DNA of 41,970 nt from assembly GCA_964583985.1 (NCBI GenBank), contig CAZOYD010000027.1:1-41970 (forward strand). Direction: 5' to 3'. Both the position numbers and the translations under genes were made by a program. This document shows, piece after piece, positions 10,791 through 19,610 of this stretch. Under the pieces are notes generated by a model that was not told the DNA's origin, searched no databases, and was given only the letters and a program-made list of their open reading frames with translations. Source of the DNA: an uncultured archaeon. Its GTDB lineage: Archaea; Asgardarchaeota; Lokiarchaeia; Sigyniarchaeales; SOKP01. Each line of letters starts with the position of its first letter. The stretch's first letter is position 1.

Positions 10791-12191
10791 ATGATGAAGA
10801 AAAAAGCGATCGTGCTTGGTATTTTATGTTCCTTCTTTATAATGCAAGGAATTTTTATTGTATCAATTCCAACTGTGAAAGCAGATGTAATAATTCCCCC
10901 AAATTTCTATTCAGAATTAGAGATGGATTCAGTTTATGTCTATAATGTCACCAAATATGGCGGGGATCTAAGTTGGTTAGGCTTCGATTGGGTGTCGAAA
11001 TATAACACTACGACTAACGCTGGTGGTCAAATTTCTATTAATTATACGGGGTTTTATGATAAAGATCCTGCTGACGTTTATAATGCCTTTGGAAGTCCAA
11101 TGCCTTATATGGATATTGAATTTATTGAAAATCAAGAAGGAGTGCTGAATTCTAATCATACTTTTTCCAATGTTTCAAATGGAGAGGTTGCATTCAATAT
11201 GGCATTAGGTTATAACTCTTTTCAGTCGGGGTTCCTTATCCCTATTGATAATTTGACCTATCTGAAAGAATTAGCCCTTGCTCAAGATAGTGGATACATG
11301 CCTGGAGATATAAATGTCGAAGAATCATCTAATTTTATTTCATTCGATTTTAAGCAGGATTCAAAGTTCCAGAATACTACATTGGTATATGAAAAAAGAA
11401 GCGGTATTTTAGTATGGGGCAGAACAAAAATGGCTCCCATAACTGATCCCATTGGCTACACTCTTGAATTCTTCTTGACAAATTATTCTCTTGATTTCAA
11501 TTCTGCATATACATATAACGTGTCAAGATTTGGAGAAGCAGCATTTTGGTATGATTGGGATTTTAATTACATTGATACTTGGACTACAAATCCGGGGGGA
11601 TTAATAATAATAAACTTTACAGATTATTATTATAAAGACCCAAATGAACCAGTTTGGGCTTCTGATGCCTTTGCATCAAATATAAAGAGAGCCTGGCTAG
11701 ATATTGAGGTATATTATGATGGATATTTCGGTCCAATTGGTCCTCAAATTAGCTTAACGAACATTTCTAATAGAGAAGCAGCTATTCAAATGGGAATGGG
11801 GTATGGAGACTTGCAATCGGGATTTTTGATACCGCTGATAAACAACATCACTTTCATAAGAGAGGCAGCATTAAATGCCGCAAATCCTGGAGAAGTTTCA
11901 GTTAAAGAAACTGAACTGACCATTAGCATCTTCTACGATCAGAGTAGTGGGTTTCAAAAAACTCACTTCATATACGAAAAGAAAACGGGACTCCTGCAAT
12001 GGATTGACACAGATATAGGAAGTTACAGTTTAGAAATGACGCTAATCGGGTTTACTCCACCATCTACAACTACGAATCCACCATCAAATCCTGCAATCCC
12101 ATCCTTCCTTCCAATCACTTTAGGATTAGGAATATTATTAGCATCAGCGGTGATCATCAAGAAGGTTAAAAAACAAATTAAGAAGATTTAA
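10791..12191 (+). CDS. Secreted/surface protein with two internal repeats and a C-terminal Loki-CTERM-like anchor
   Basis: Signal peptide MMKKKAIVLGILC...VKA; duplicated domain of about 190 aa; many N-x-S/T sequons; P/T linker, then IPSF, a TM helix and a Lys-rich tail. Confidence 0.8.
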   Translation: MMKKKAIVLGILCSFFIMQGIFIVSIPTVKADVIIPPNFYSELEMDSVYVYNVTKYGGDLSWLGFDWVSKYNTTTNAGGQISINYTGFYDKDPADVYNAFGSPMPYMDIEFIENQEGVLNSNHTFSNVSNGEVAFNMALGYNSFQSGFLIPIDNLTYLKELALAQDSGYMPGDINVEESSNFISFDFKQDSKFQNTTLVYEKRSGILVWGRTKMAPITDPIGYTLEFFLTNYSLDFNSAYTYNVSRFGEAAFWYDWDFNYIDTWTTNPGGLIIINFTDYYYKDPNEPVWASDAFASNIKRAWLDIEVYYDGYFGPIGPQISLTNISNREAAIQMGMGYGDLQSGFLIPLINNITFIREAALNAANPGEVSVKETELTISIFYDQSSGFQKTHFIYEKKTGLLQWIDTDIGSYSLEMTLIGFTPPSTTTNPPSNPAIPSFLPITLGLGILLASAVIIKKVKKQIKKI

Positions 12192-12236
12192 GTAGATTTT
12201 TTTATTTTTTTAAATTTTTTTACTCGTGAGAAGAAT

Positions 12237-12620
12237 ATGGAACAAAAGAAAAAATATTTGTTGATTGCCATAATTGGAACAACATTATTCTCATTATTAA
12301 TACTGGTTAATTTCAGTCTATATAAAACTCCTGACAAGCTCGATACGGTGGAAAATATAACGCTTATCGTGGATTATAATAACAGTACCATTAAAACTCG
12401 AGCAAATTTTACGCTTACTGAAGGAAAAACTACTGCATTTGATGCTTTGAATCAGTGGTGTGAAATCCAATACGACGACTTTGGATGGGGTATTATTGTA
12501 AGGGTAATTGATGGGCTTGGGGGTAATTGGCTCTATTTTATTAATGGCATCGCTCCAGGAGTAGGTTCAGACATGTATTCTTTAAAGGATGGAGATCTTG
12601 TCAAGTGGGCGCGGAGCTAA
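12237..12620 (+). CDS. DUF4430 / transcobalamin-C-terminal-like membrane-anchored protein
   Basis: TTAFDAL...GIIVRVIDG...WLYFINGIAPGVGSDMYSLKDGDLVKW pattern; N-terminal TM. Confidence 0.8.
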   Translation: MEQKKKYLLIAIIGTTLFSLLILVNFSLYKTPDKLDTVENITLIVDYNNSTIKTRANFTLTEGKTTAFDALNQWCEIQYDDFGWGIIVRVIDGLGGNWLYFINGIAPGVGSDMYSLKDGDLVKWARS

Positions 12621-12760
12621 AAGGGTAATTTATGTTTGCCTCTGAATATGTTGAAGTATGGGTTCTATATCTTTAAACGCCTTACGTGTGTGATTTTTAT
12701 CTGATCTAAATGATAAAGCTTAAATTATCCACTTTTTTTCTTCATTTTAGGTCAAGAAAA

Positions 12761-13345
12761 ATGAATATTGAAGAATTAATTGGTTTGGCTTTTGATTCTG
12801 CTAAGGAGATTGATAATATAAAAGATGGAGCAATAGGTTCGAATGGATAAGGGTTTGTTTTTAGGAAATTCGACTACTACTCTCAAGAAACTTTCCTTAT
12901 ATGTGAAGGAAGTAATAAATTCTGTTCTATAGGTGCTTTTAGACAAATCTATGAAAAATCTTTAGATTCTATAGAAAAAAGTAGAGCTATTAACCTTGAT
13001 CAGCTTCTTAATTGCGATCCAAAGAAAGATCTATGTATCGTTGGTTCTTTAAAAACCCTGTTACCTAGTATTGACTTTGGTGGATGTGAAAGTTTATTTG
13101 AGGTACGGATGCTTGTAAAAACTCCAGAAAGTAAGATATTTCCCGCTACTCTTTACTATGGATTGTCTGGTTTAACTATTGGATCTTGGTGTCTGGGATA
13201 TCGTGATTTTCTTTCAACTGATGCTCGAGATTTTCCTGATAATTTTAAAAGGGTTATTAATTCCAATCCATTCGATTTTTCAATAATTGAGATGGAGGAA
13301 TTCATTGAGGGTCTTTTATTTGCTTTAAACAAGGTTCCCATATAA
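12761..13345 (+). pseudogene. Hypothetical gene interrupted by one in-frame TAA (12848-12850)
   Basis: ATG at 12761 (MNIEELIGLAFDSAKEID...) is in frame with the 13109 ORF; the frame is open apart from a single TAA at codon 30. Confidence 0.6.
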
Positions 13346-13440
13346 GATTTTGAGGGGGAGGTAGAAGATGATTTTTGTATTACTCTGATGGGTGTCAAGT
13401 TAGGGAAACCATTCATTAGAAGGTTAAAACACTATAATAT

Positions 13441-13866
13441 TTATTGATTAGTGTTAATCTTCATTAATTCAGGTTCCATTTCTTTAAAAGCTTTACGGAT
13501 TTTATGGAAATAATATCCCAATCGATAGGATTTTTTACAGTTCGTAAATAACATGAAATCATTTTCAGCGGATCCTACTAGAATTATCGTATAGCCTTTT
13601 ATACCCCTAATTACAATTTCCCTTAATTCTCCCTGACCGAGTCCCACGCTAATCTTTTCTCCCAATGATATTAGAGTAGCTGGACTTGCGCTATATATAT
13701 CTGCCACCACGTCGGCAGTTTCAGAGCTAGCTATCCTTAATCCTGTTTTTGAAACTAATGCAGTACCTTCTAAATCAGTGGAACTTTCTAAATTCTCTAA
13801 CTTCCGCATTAAGTCTGCAAGAACTTCTGGATTAATGTTTATCTCTGATGGTTGAAAATCTTCCAT
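13441..13866 (-). CDS. Roadblock/LC7 domain protein
   Basis: LEGTALVSKTGLRIASS...ATLISLGEKISVGLGQGELREIVIRGIKGYTII. Confidence 0.85.
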   Translation of the reverse strand: MEDFQPSEININPEVLADLMRKLENLESSTDLEGTALVSKTGLRIASSETADVVADIYSASPATLISLGEKISVGLGQGELREIVIRGIKGYTIILVGSAENDFMLFTNCKKSYRLGYYFHKIRKAFKEMEPELMKINTNQ

Positions 13867-13892
13867 AATGATAACCTCACTTAATAATATAA

Positions 13893-15347
13893 TTAGTTAT
13901 GAACATTTAAATCTTTTTTAGATTTCAAGGTAAAACTTCTGAGCTCTTTAAGAATTACCTTATCTCCCTTTTTCACTTCTATTTTATGTTGATTTTCATC
14001 ACGTTCAATTCCGATAATTACAGCCCCCTTTGTACCAAAAGAACCAAGAACTTTTGTATAGGGTGGTTCAAGTTTTTTACCGATCACCTTTTTTGCACCA
14101 ATTAAGCTTTGAGCCAAACCAGTGCATACTATACCTTGAGAATGATCCGGGTTTTGTATCTTGCCTATTTTTGTTTTAATTCGATATAATTTGGGGGGTT
14201 TATCATGAATTTTGATTAATTTTGCTGCACCCAAAATCCTCAGTGAGGTTGGAGGGAGATCCAATCTACTTAATAATATTCGAGATTTTTCTTTTGCAAA
14301 TAATATTTTTTCATTTAACCATAAAAAAGCGGAAAAATCAAGCTTTTCTTTTGAAATCGATGTTTCTAACAATTTACCGTTCTCTTCTTTATAGGGATAA
14401 ATAACCCCCGAAGTCGTAAACATCCCGATAGTAGAATGAACTTGCGTTCCAAAATGTATTTCCGGTTTAAATAAACGATTTTTATTTACCTTGATTTCGA
14501 CAAGATCACAATATTCAAACGATGTGGGATCATTCGTTGCATAACAACCTCTATAGACCTTATTGATATCTATGCCTTTCACATTTATTCCCACGCGATC
14601 TCCCGCTTTAGCAGAAGTAACGTCCTTGTGAAATATTTGAATTGATTTCACCCTTCCTTCTTCATTAATTGGGAGAATGGTTAGTTTTTGATTTAGAGTT
14701 AATTTACCTTTTAATAAAGTTCCCGTGAGTATCGCGCCTCTTCCTTTTATGGAGAAGTGATGGTCAATTGGTAAAATAACATGACCTTCGATATCTCTGT
14801 TAATTTTTAATTGAGAAATTTTTGCTAAAATGCCTTTTTTTAAATCTTCAAAACCAATTTTTTGTTTTGCAGAAACCGCATAAATAGAAATATTGGGGCC
14901 ATAAGATGTTGATTTGAAGAACTCTTTAATCTTTTCAATTTCCTTGTCAAGATTTCCTTTAAATAAATCAATCTTGTTTAATATTACTATTATATCCTTT
15001 ATTTCCAAAGCTTCAATCATGATTACGTGTTCCCCGGTTTGAACTTGAGGTCCCTTATTAATATCAATCACAAATACGGCAATATCAATGATTTCTACTG
15101 AGGAGGCGCTAATTTTTATTAGATCTGCATGTCCAGGACCATCTACTAACGTGATTATATATTCATCTAAGATCAAACTAGTAAACCCGAGATCGATAGT
15201 AATGCCTCTTTCTTTGCTTTGCGGATGAGCATCAATGCCCGCAGTCGAAATAATTTCACTAAGTACTTCTGCGATTGCCGTTTTACCAGAATCTATATGA
15301 CCAAATAAACCGATATGAATAGGAATCTTATTTTCTAAATCAAACAT
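13893..15347 (-). CDS. selB: Selenocysteine-specific translation elongation factor SelB/eEFSec
   Basis: GHIDSGKT, RGITIDLGF, DGPGH, NKID, IDHHFSIKGRGAILTGT, SRLDLPPTSLRILG and C-terminal GSFGTKG; tRNA-Sec and SepSecS lie nearby. Confidence 0.95.
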   Translation of the reverse strand: MFDLENKIPIHIGLFGHIDSGKTAIAEVLSEIISTAGIDAHPQSKERGITIDLGFTSLILDEYIITLVDGPGHADLIKISASSVEIIDIAVFVIDINKGPQVQTGEHVIMIEALEIKDIIVILNKIDLFKGNLDKEIEKIKEFFKSTSYGPNISIYAVSAKQKIGFEDLKKGILAKISQLKINRDIEGHVILPIDHHFSIKGRGAILTGTLLKGKLTLNQKLTILPINEEGRVKSIQIFHKDVTSAKAGDRVGINVKGIDINKVYRGCYATNDPTSFEYCDLVEIKVNKNRLFKPEIHFGTQVHSTIGMFTTSGVIYPYKEENGKLLETSISKEKLDFSAFLWLNEKILFAKEKSRILLSRLDLPPTSLRILGAAKLIKIHDKPPKLYRIKTKIGKIQNPDHSQGIVCTGLAQSLIGAKKVIGKKLEPPYTKVLGSFGTKGAVIIGIERDENQHKIEVKKGDKVILKELRSFTLKSKKDLNVHN

Positions 15348-15493
15348 ATTTTAATGATTAAGTCGTTATCTAGGTTTTTATATATTTATCCATAGGATGG
15401 AAGAATATTGGACTCCAATAAAATTTAATTTAATGGAGTTTAATTTATTTTATAGTAATATTTTATTTTTAAACTACAAAATCGTGAAAAAAA

Positions 15494-16357
15494 ATGCCTT
15501 CTAAGTATTGCGTGTATTGTGGCAACCCAATTAAGGAAAGTGACAAGTTCTGCATCATATGCGGAAAGCCAATCCTACATAATCTTCCTGATTCCCAGAA
15601 ACAAGAATCTAAACCAAGATATAAACCTCAACGTCAAGAAATTTTACCAAAGGAAGATACCATAATTGAATTTGAAGACGACGGTGAGGAAGAACTCGAA
15701 ATCAAGGAAGATAAAAAAGAAAAAAGGAAAGAAAAAGCAAAAATCGTAGAAAAACCCCTTCCTTTTGAAGTTAAAGAGCAAATGATTCTCTACATCGAAT
15801 ACAATGACATTCAGCTTAATAAAGAACTTTTAATTACCAAGCTAAAGGATTTACAGAAAGAGTTAAAAGATCCTGCTTATGATTATGATGAGAAATATAA
15901 GGAATCCTTAAATGTTAAACTTGAAGCAATCAAAACCCTAATTAATGAAATGAAACAAAAAGAAAGCGAAATTAAACAAAAAATGGATGACCCCTTCATT
16001 GTTCAAAGGATTAAATCTGATACGGAAACCAAGATCTTTCAATTAAAAAACTTGACGAAAGAATTTAAATTACACAAGGTTGATAAGGATTCTTTCGAGA
16101 CGTTGAGAGATAAATATAAAAAAGAAAAAGAAGAATTAGAGCAAGAACGGGAAGATCTTATATCTGGAATGAGTTTATGGATAAAAGAGCTAAAATTAGA
16201 AAAAGTAGAGGCTCAATCTCAGCGAAACCTTAATATTGGTAGATTTCATTCAAAAGAAATTACACAAGATGATTTTAATTCGAAAGATAAGGAATTAGAA
16301 TTGAAAGTTAAAAAGATTGATGTTAAAATTAAAACGTTAGAAAAACTTATCAAGTGA
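15494..16357 (+). CDS. Zinc-ribbon plus long coiled-coil protein
   Basis: N-terminal CVYCG...CIICG; E/K-rich heptads. Confidence 0.75.
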   Translation: MPSKYCVYCGNPIKESDKFCIICGKPILHNLPDSQKQESKPRYKPQRQEILPKEDTIIEFEDDGEEELEIKEDKKEKRKEKAKIVEKPLPFEVKEQMILYIEYNDIQLNKELLITKLKDLQKELKDPAYDYDEKYKESLNVKLEAIKTLINEMKQKESEIKQKMDDPFIVQRIKSDTETKIFQLKNLTKEFKLHKVDKDSFETLRDKYKKEKEELEQEREDLISGMSLWIKELKLEKVEAQSQRNLNIGRFHSKEITQDDFNSKDKELELKVKKIDVKIKTLEKLIK

Positions 16358-16405
16358 AATAAAATAAATTTTATTTTCACTCAAATATTTAGAAATGTGA
16401 TCATC

Positions 16406-16531
16406 ATGAGAAAAAAGTTAATTGGTTTCATAATCTTATTATTTGCTCTATCGTTACTCACGATTGGTATAATGGAAGGTGAATACAACTTGATTTCATC
16501 CATATACAATCAAATGGCTTCATTACCGTAA
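16406..16531 (+). CDS. 41-aa single-TM small protein (MRKKLIGFIILLFALSLLTIGIMEGEYNLISSIYNQMASLP)
   Basis: ATG 16406 preceded by GTGA; basic N-terminus plus hydrophobic helix; fills an intergenic gap; below the ORF-track length cutoff. Confidence 0.6.
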   Translation: MRKKLIGFIILLFALSLLTIGIMEGEYNLISSIYNQMASLP

Positions 16532-16553
16532 AAATAAGCATAAAAATTACTCT

Positions 16554-16862
16554 TTACTCGTAATCGTACCGTTTCATTTTTCCCGCAGAAACAGCATCAT
16601 CTAAAAATCCCTTCTTTTGATAAAGCTTTTCCTGTGATTTTCGATATTTATTGGACTCCTTGTAATGAGTTTTGCAAAGATATATTTTATGTTGCTTATT
16701 TTCAACATATTTCAAATCTGCTTTTTCAACATAAGATTTCCACTTGTTTTCTGATAAGGAGCGAATAGCAATTTCATTACAATTTCTAATACTACAAGTT
16801 CGCTGTTTAGTTGTGGTATTTCCAAGATCTTTATTTTCTCGTAATTCTTTTGGGAGTTTCAT
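16554..16862 (-). CDS. Small basic hypothetical protein with a possible C-x4-C...C-x2-H zinc finger
   Basis: CSIRNC...YLCKTHY. Confidence 0.65.
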   Translation of the reverse strand: MKLPKELRENKDLGNTTTKQRTCSIRNCNEIAIRSLSENKWKSYVEKADLKYVENKQHKIYLCKTHYKESNKYRKSQEKLYQKKGFLDDAVSAGKMKRYDYE

Positions 16863-16947
16863 TTACATCATCTTTCTAAAAATTTTATTAGAATCAATAA
16901 TTATTTATTTTAATTAATCACCATCTTAAAGTTTTATCTAATAGCAA

Positions 16948-17655
16948 ATGGATTCTCGAAATTTCCGCTTTAGTGAAATAAGCATTCAAAAGAATCTATA
17001 TCCATGTGATTCCCATTCGAGAATTACTTTGAATGATGAATTCTTTACTCCTTCTGCTATCTTATTTCCAATTATACCATATGAAGATAAACCATATGAT
17101 CTAATTTTAATACATCGCTCAGAGCGGGGGACCCGTCACAGGGGCGAAATGTCCTTTCCTGGTGGAAAGTTCGAGTCTAATCAAGACAAATCCATGAGGG
17201 ACACCGCTCTGAGAGAAACTGAAGAAGAAATTGGTGTTTTAAGAGAAAATATAAAGGTCCTAGGGTGTTTAAACGATTTTCCTACAATGACTAAATACAT
17301 AATAACCCCATATGTAGGCATAATCAATAAAAATCAAGAGTTAATTAGAGATAAAAGAGAAGTACAAAAAATCTTGAAGATCCCTATTGATTTTTTTACA
17401 GATAAACAGAATTTTCGCGAACAATCAATTGATATCGAAGGTCATAAATTCCCCATATTTTACTTTAATTATACAAATCACGATGGTCATTCTTATACCA
17501 TTTGGGGAGCAACGGCATTTATGATAGTGAATTTCATTGAAATCGTTTATGGTTTTACGTTATCCGAGCTTGGGCTAAAAAGATTTAAATTAGATAAAAT
17601 CAAACATTTAAAGGAATATATTAAATATAGAAACCAAATCATGAAGAAATTTTGA
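16948..17655 (+). CDS. Nudix hydrolase, CoA pyrophosphatase family
   Basis: HRGEMSFPGGK...TALRETEEEIG Nudix box with NuCoA motif; IWGATA. Confidence 0.92.
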   Translation: MDSRNFRFSEISIQKNLYPCDSHSRITLNDEFFTPSAILFPIIPYEDKPYDLILIHRSERGTRHRGEMSFPGGKFESNQDKSMRDTALRETEEEIGVLRENIKVLGCLNDFPTMTKYIITPYVGIINKNQELIRDKREVQKILKIPIDFFTDKQNFREQSIDIEGHKFPIFYFNYTNHDGHSYTIWGATAFMIVNFIEIVYGFTLSELGLKRFKLDKIKHLKEYIKYRNQIMKKF

Positions 17656-17662
17656 GAGAAAA

Positions 17663-18340
17663 GTGTCAAAATATACTTACCTATTTGATGCGGAATTTAT
17701 TCGATCTAGATTAAAAAAATTTGATTCACCCATGAGAATATCTTTAGATCACGAAAAATTCATTCATTCGGCTATAATTTTCCTAATTGTCCCTCATGGT
17801 GAACAACCGTATGATCTGATATTAATTCGTCGAACTAAACACAAAAAAGATAAACATTCCGGTGAAATGTCTTTTCCGGGAGGAAAATATGATCCCAAAA
17901 GGGATAAATCATATCAAGATACAGCAAAAAGAGAACTGATGGAAGAATTAGGAATTTCATATGATAAATTAACTATTATAGGATGTATAGATGATCATTT
18001 AACACCAAAAGGATTCATTATAACTCCATTTGTAGGATATATTAATGAGAATTTAAAAATGAAGAAACGAGAGGAAGAAGTGAAGGAGATTGTGAGCATT
18101 CCCGTCAGTTTTTTTGCTAATCGGAACAATTACAAGGAAAAAACATATTATCTAAATGAAGAGTTGATAGGTGTGGGGAAATTTAACTATAAAACAGCAG
18201 ATAATAAAAAATACGTGATTTTTGGAGCCACTTCACATATTATTGTTAATTTTTTAGACACTGTATATAATTTAGGGTTGATGACACCAGGTTGTAGAAG
18301 AATAACCTGTGTGGATATAAAAGATCGAATTATTAATTAA
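17663..18340 (+). CDS. Nudix hydrolase, CoA pyrophosphatase family (tandem paralog)
   Basis: HSGEMSFPGGK...TAKRELMEELG; IFGATS. Confidence 0.92.
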   Translation: MSKYTYLFDAEFIRSRLKKFDSPMRISLDHEKFIHSAIIFLIVPHGEQPYDLILIRRTKHKKDKHSGEMSFPGGKYDPKRDKSYQDTAKRELMEELGISYDKLTIIGCIDDHLTPKGFIITPFVGYINENLKMKKREEEVKEIVSIPVSFFANRNNYKEKTYYLNEELIGVGKFNYKTADNKKYVIFGATSHIIVNFLDTVYNLGLMTPGCRRITCVDIKDRIIN

Positions 18341-18347
18341 AATTTAA

Positions 18348-19382
18348 GTGAAATTAAAAATGAATGAATTAATAGAACGCGCTGGTAAAATGATTGTTGA
18401 AACTTGCTCCCAATTAAAGCCTAACGAGAAAGCTACAATAATAACAGATAAAGAGACCTTCGAAATAGGCTCGATGATAAGAAAGTATTCAGAAGCAATT
18501 TCAACCAAAATCTCTTTCCACATTATTGAAGATTATGGTAAGAGACCTTTAGATTTTATACCTAAAGAGATCGAAAAGGATGTAAAAAATAGTGACGTTA
18601 CGTATTATGCAGCACAATCAAAACAGGGAGAACTTCAAAAATTTAGGGGTCCAATTGTCAATTTGGCTACTCTTTCAGGAAGAGAGATACACATGCCAAA
18701 TATTGATACAACCATAATGCAAACTGGAATGCAAGCAGATTATTATAAAATAGCAGGATTAACCTATTTAATAATGGGTATCGCATGTAAGTCAAAAACT
18801 GCTCAGGTAACTACACCTAATGGTACCGATTTACATGTAGTTATTTCACCTAAGTTAAAGTGGGTTCCAGATACGGGCTTGCTATGGTATAAGGGGATTT
18901 GGGGTAATCTACCGGCAGGGGAAGTATATACCTGTCCTGAGTTAATTGAAGGAATAATGGTTGTAGATGGTACTTTGGGAGATTTCTTTAATCAGAAATA
19001 TGGTAACTTAGGAAAAACACCGGTAACCATTCCAATCTACAATTCAAGGGCGCAAATAGAAAAGATTACCTGTGAAAATGAAGAGTTACTCATCGATTTT
19101 AAAAATTATTTATATAACGACGAAAATGCTAACAGAGTAGGTGAATTCGCTTGTGGAACAAATATAGCTCTAAAAAGGTTAATATCTAATCTATTACAGG
19201 ACGAAAAATTTCCAGGAGTACATATTGCATTTGGAAGTCCGTTTCCAAATAAAACTGGTGCAGATTGGAATTCTATTGGCCATGTGGACGGAATTATGAA
19301 AGAATGTTCTCTATGGTTTGATGATAAATTGATCCTTGATCGTGGAAAGTTTGTTGAAAACGAGATTCTAAGCATATATTAG
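18348..19382 (+). CDS. Aminopeptidase, M29 (AmpT/AmpS)-like metallopeptidase
   Basis: GNLPAGEVY, VGEFACGTN, LQDEKFPGVHIAFG, HVD. Confidence 0.88.
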   Translation: MKLKMNELIERAGKMIVETCSQLKPNEKATIITDKETFEIGSMIRKYSEAISTKISFHIIEDYGKRPLDFIPKEIEKDVKNSDVTYYAAQSKQGELQKFRGPIVNLATLSGREIHMPNIDTTIMQTGMQADYYKIAGLTYLIMGIACKSKTAQVTTPNGTDLHVVISPKLKWVPDTGLLWYKGIWGNLPAGEVYTCPELIEGIMVVDGTLGDFFNQKYGNLGKTPVTIPIYNSRAQIEKITCENEELLIDFKNYLYNDENANRVGEFACGTNIALKRLISNLLQDEKFPGVHIAFGSPFPNKTGADWNSIGHVDGIMKECSLWFDDKLILDRGKFVENEILSIY

Positions 19383-19491
19383 TCTCGATTCATCTCCAAT
19401 CCATCTATTTTTAATTGGAAAAATATTGGTTAATGATAAAATTCATTACAATCTAAAGATATTAACTATTAACATATAGTTTTAATAAATT

Positions 19492-19584
19492 GGCCCTTGA
19501 CGGTTGGGGTGGTCTCTGACGCTGGGCTTCAAACCCAGTTATCCTGCGGAGGGATAGCGGTTCGATTCCGCTCGAGGGCCGCCA
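19492..19584 (+). tRNA. selC: tRNA-Sec (anticodon UCA), 9/4 fold, CCA encoded
   Basis: 9-bp acceptor GGCCCTTGA/TCGAGGGCC, G73, CCA; 7-bp D stem GTTGGGG/CTCTGAC with TGGT loop; 6-bp anticodon stem GCTGGG/CCCAGT with loop CTTCAAA; long variable arm; 4-bp T stem GCGG/CCGC. Confidence 0.97.
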
Positions 19585-19610
19585 TTTCTATAAATTTATT
19601 GTGATGATTA

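Noticed and set aside
12835-12880. GGTTCGAAT...ATTCGAC pairing around the internal TAA as a possible BHB intron
   Set aside because: Excision at the BHB positions shifts the frame and meets a stop; the geometry is non-canonical
15494-16357. CdvA or SNARE assignment for the coiled-coil protein
   Set aside because: Only generic coiled-coil resemblance; no diagnostic domain visible
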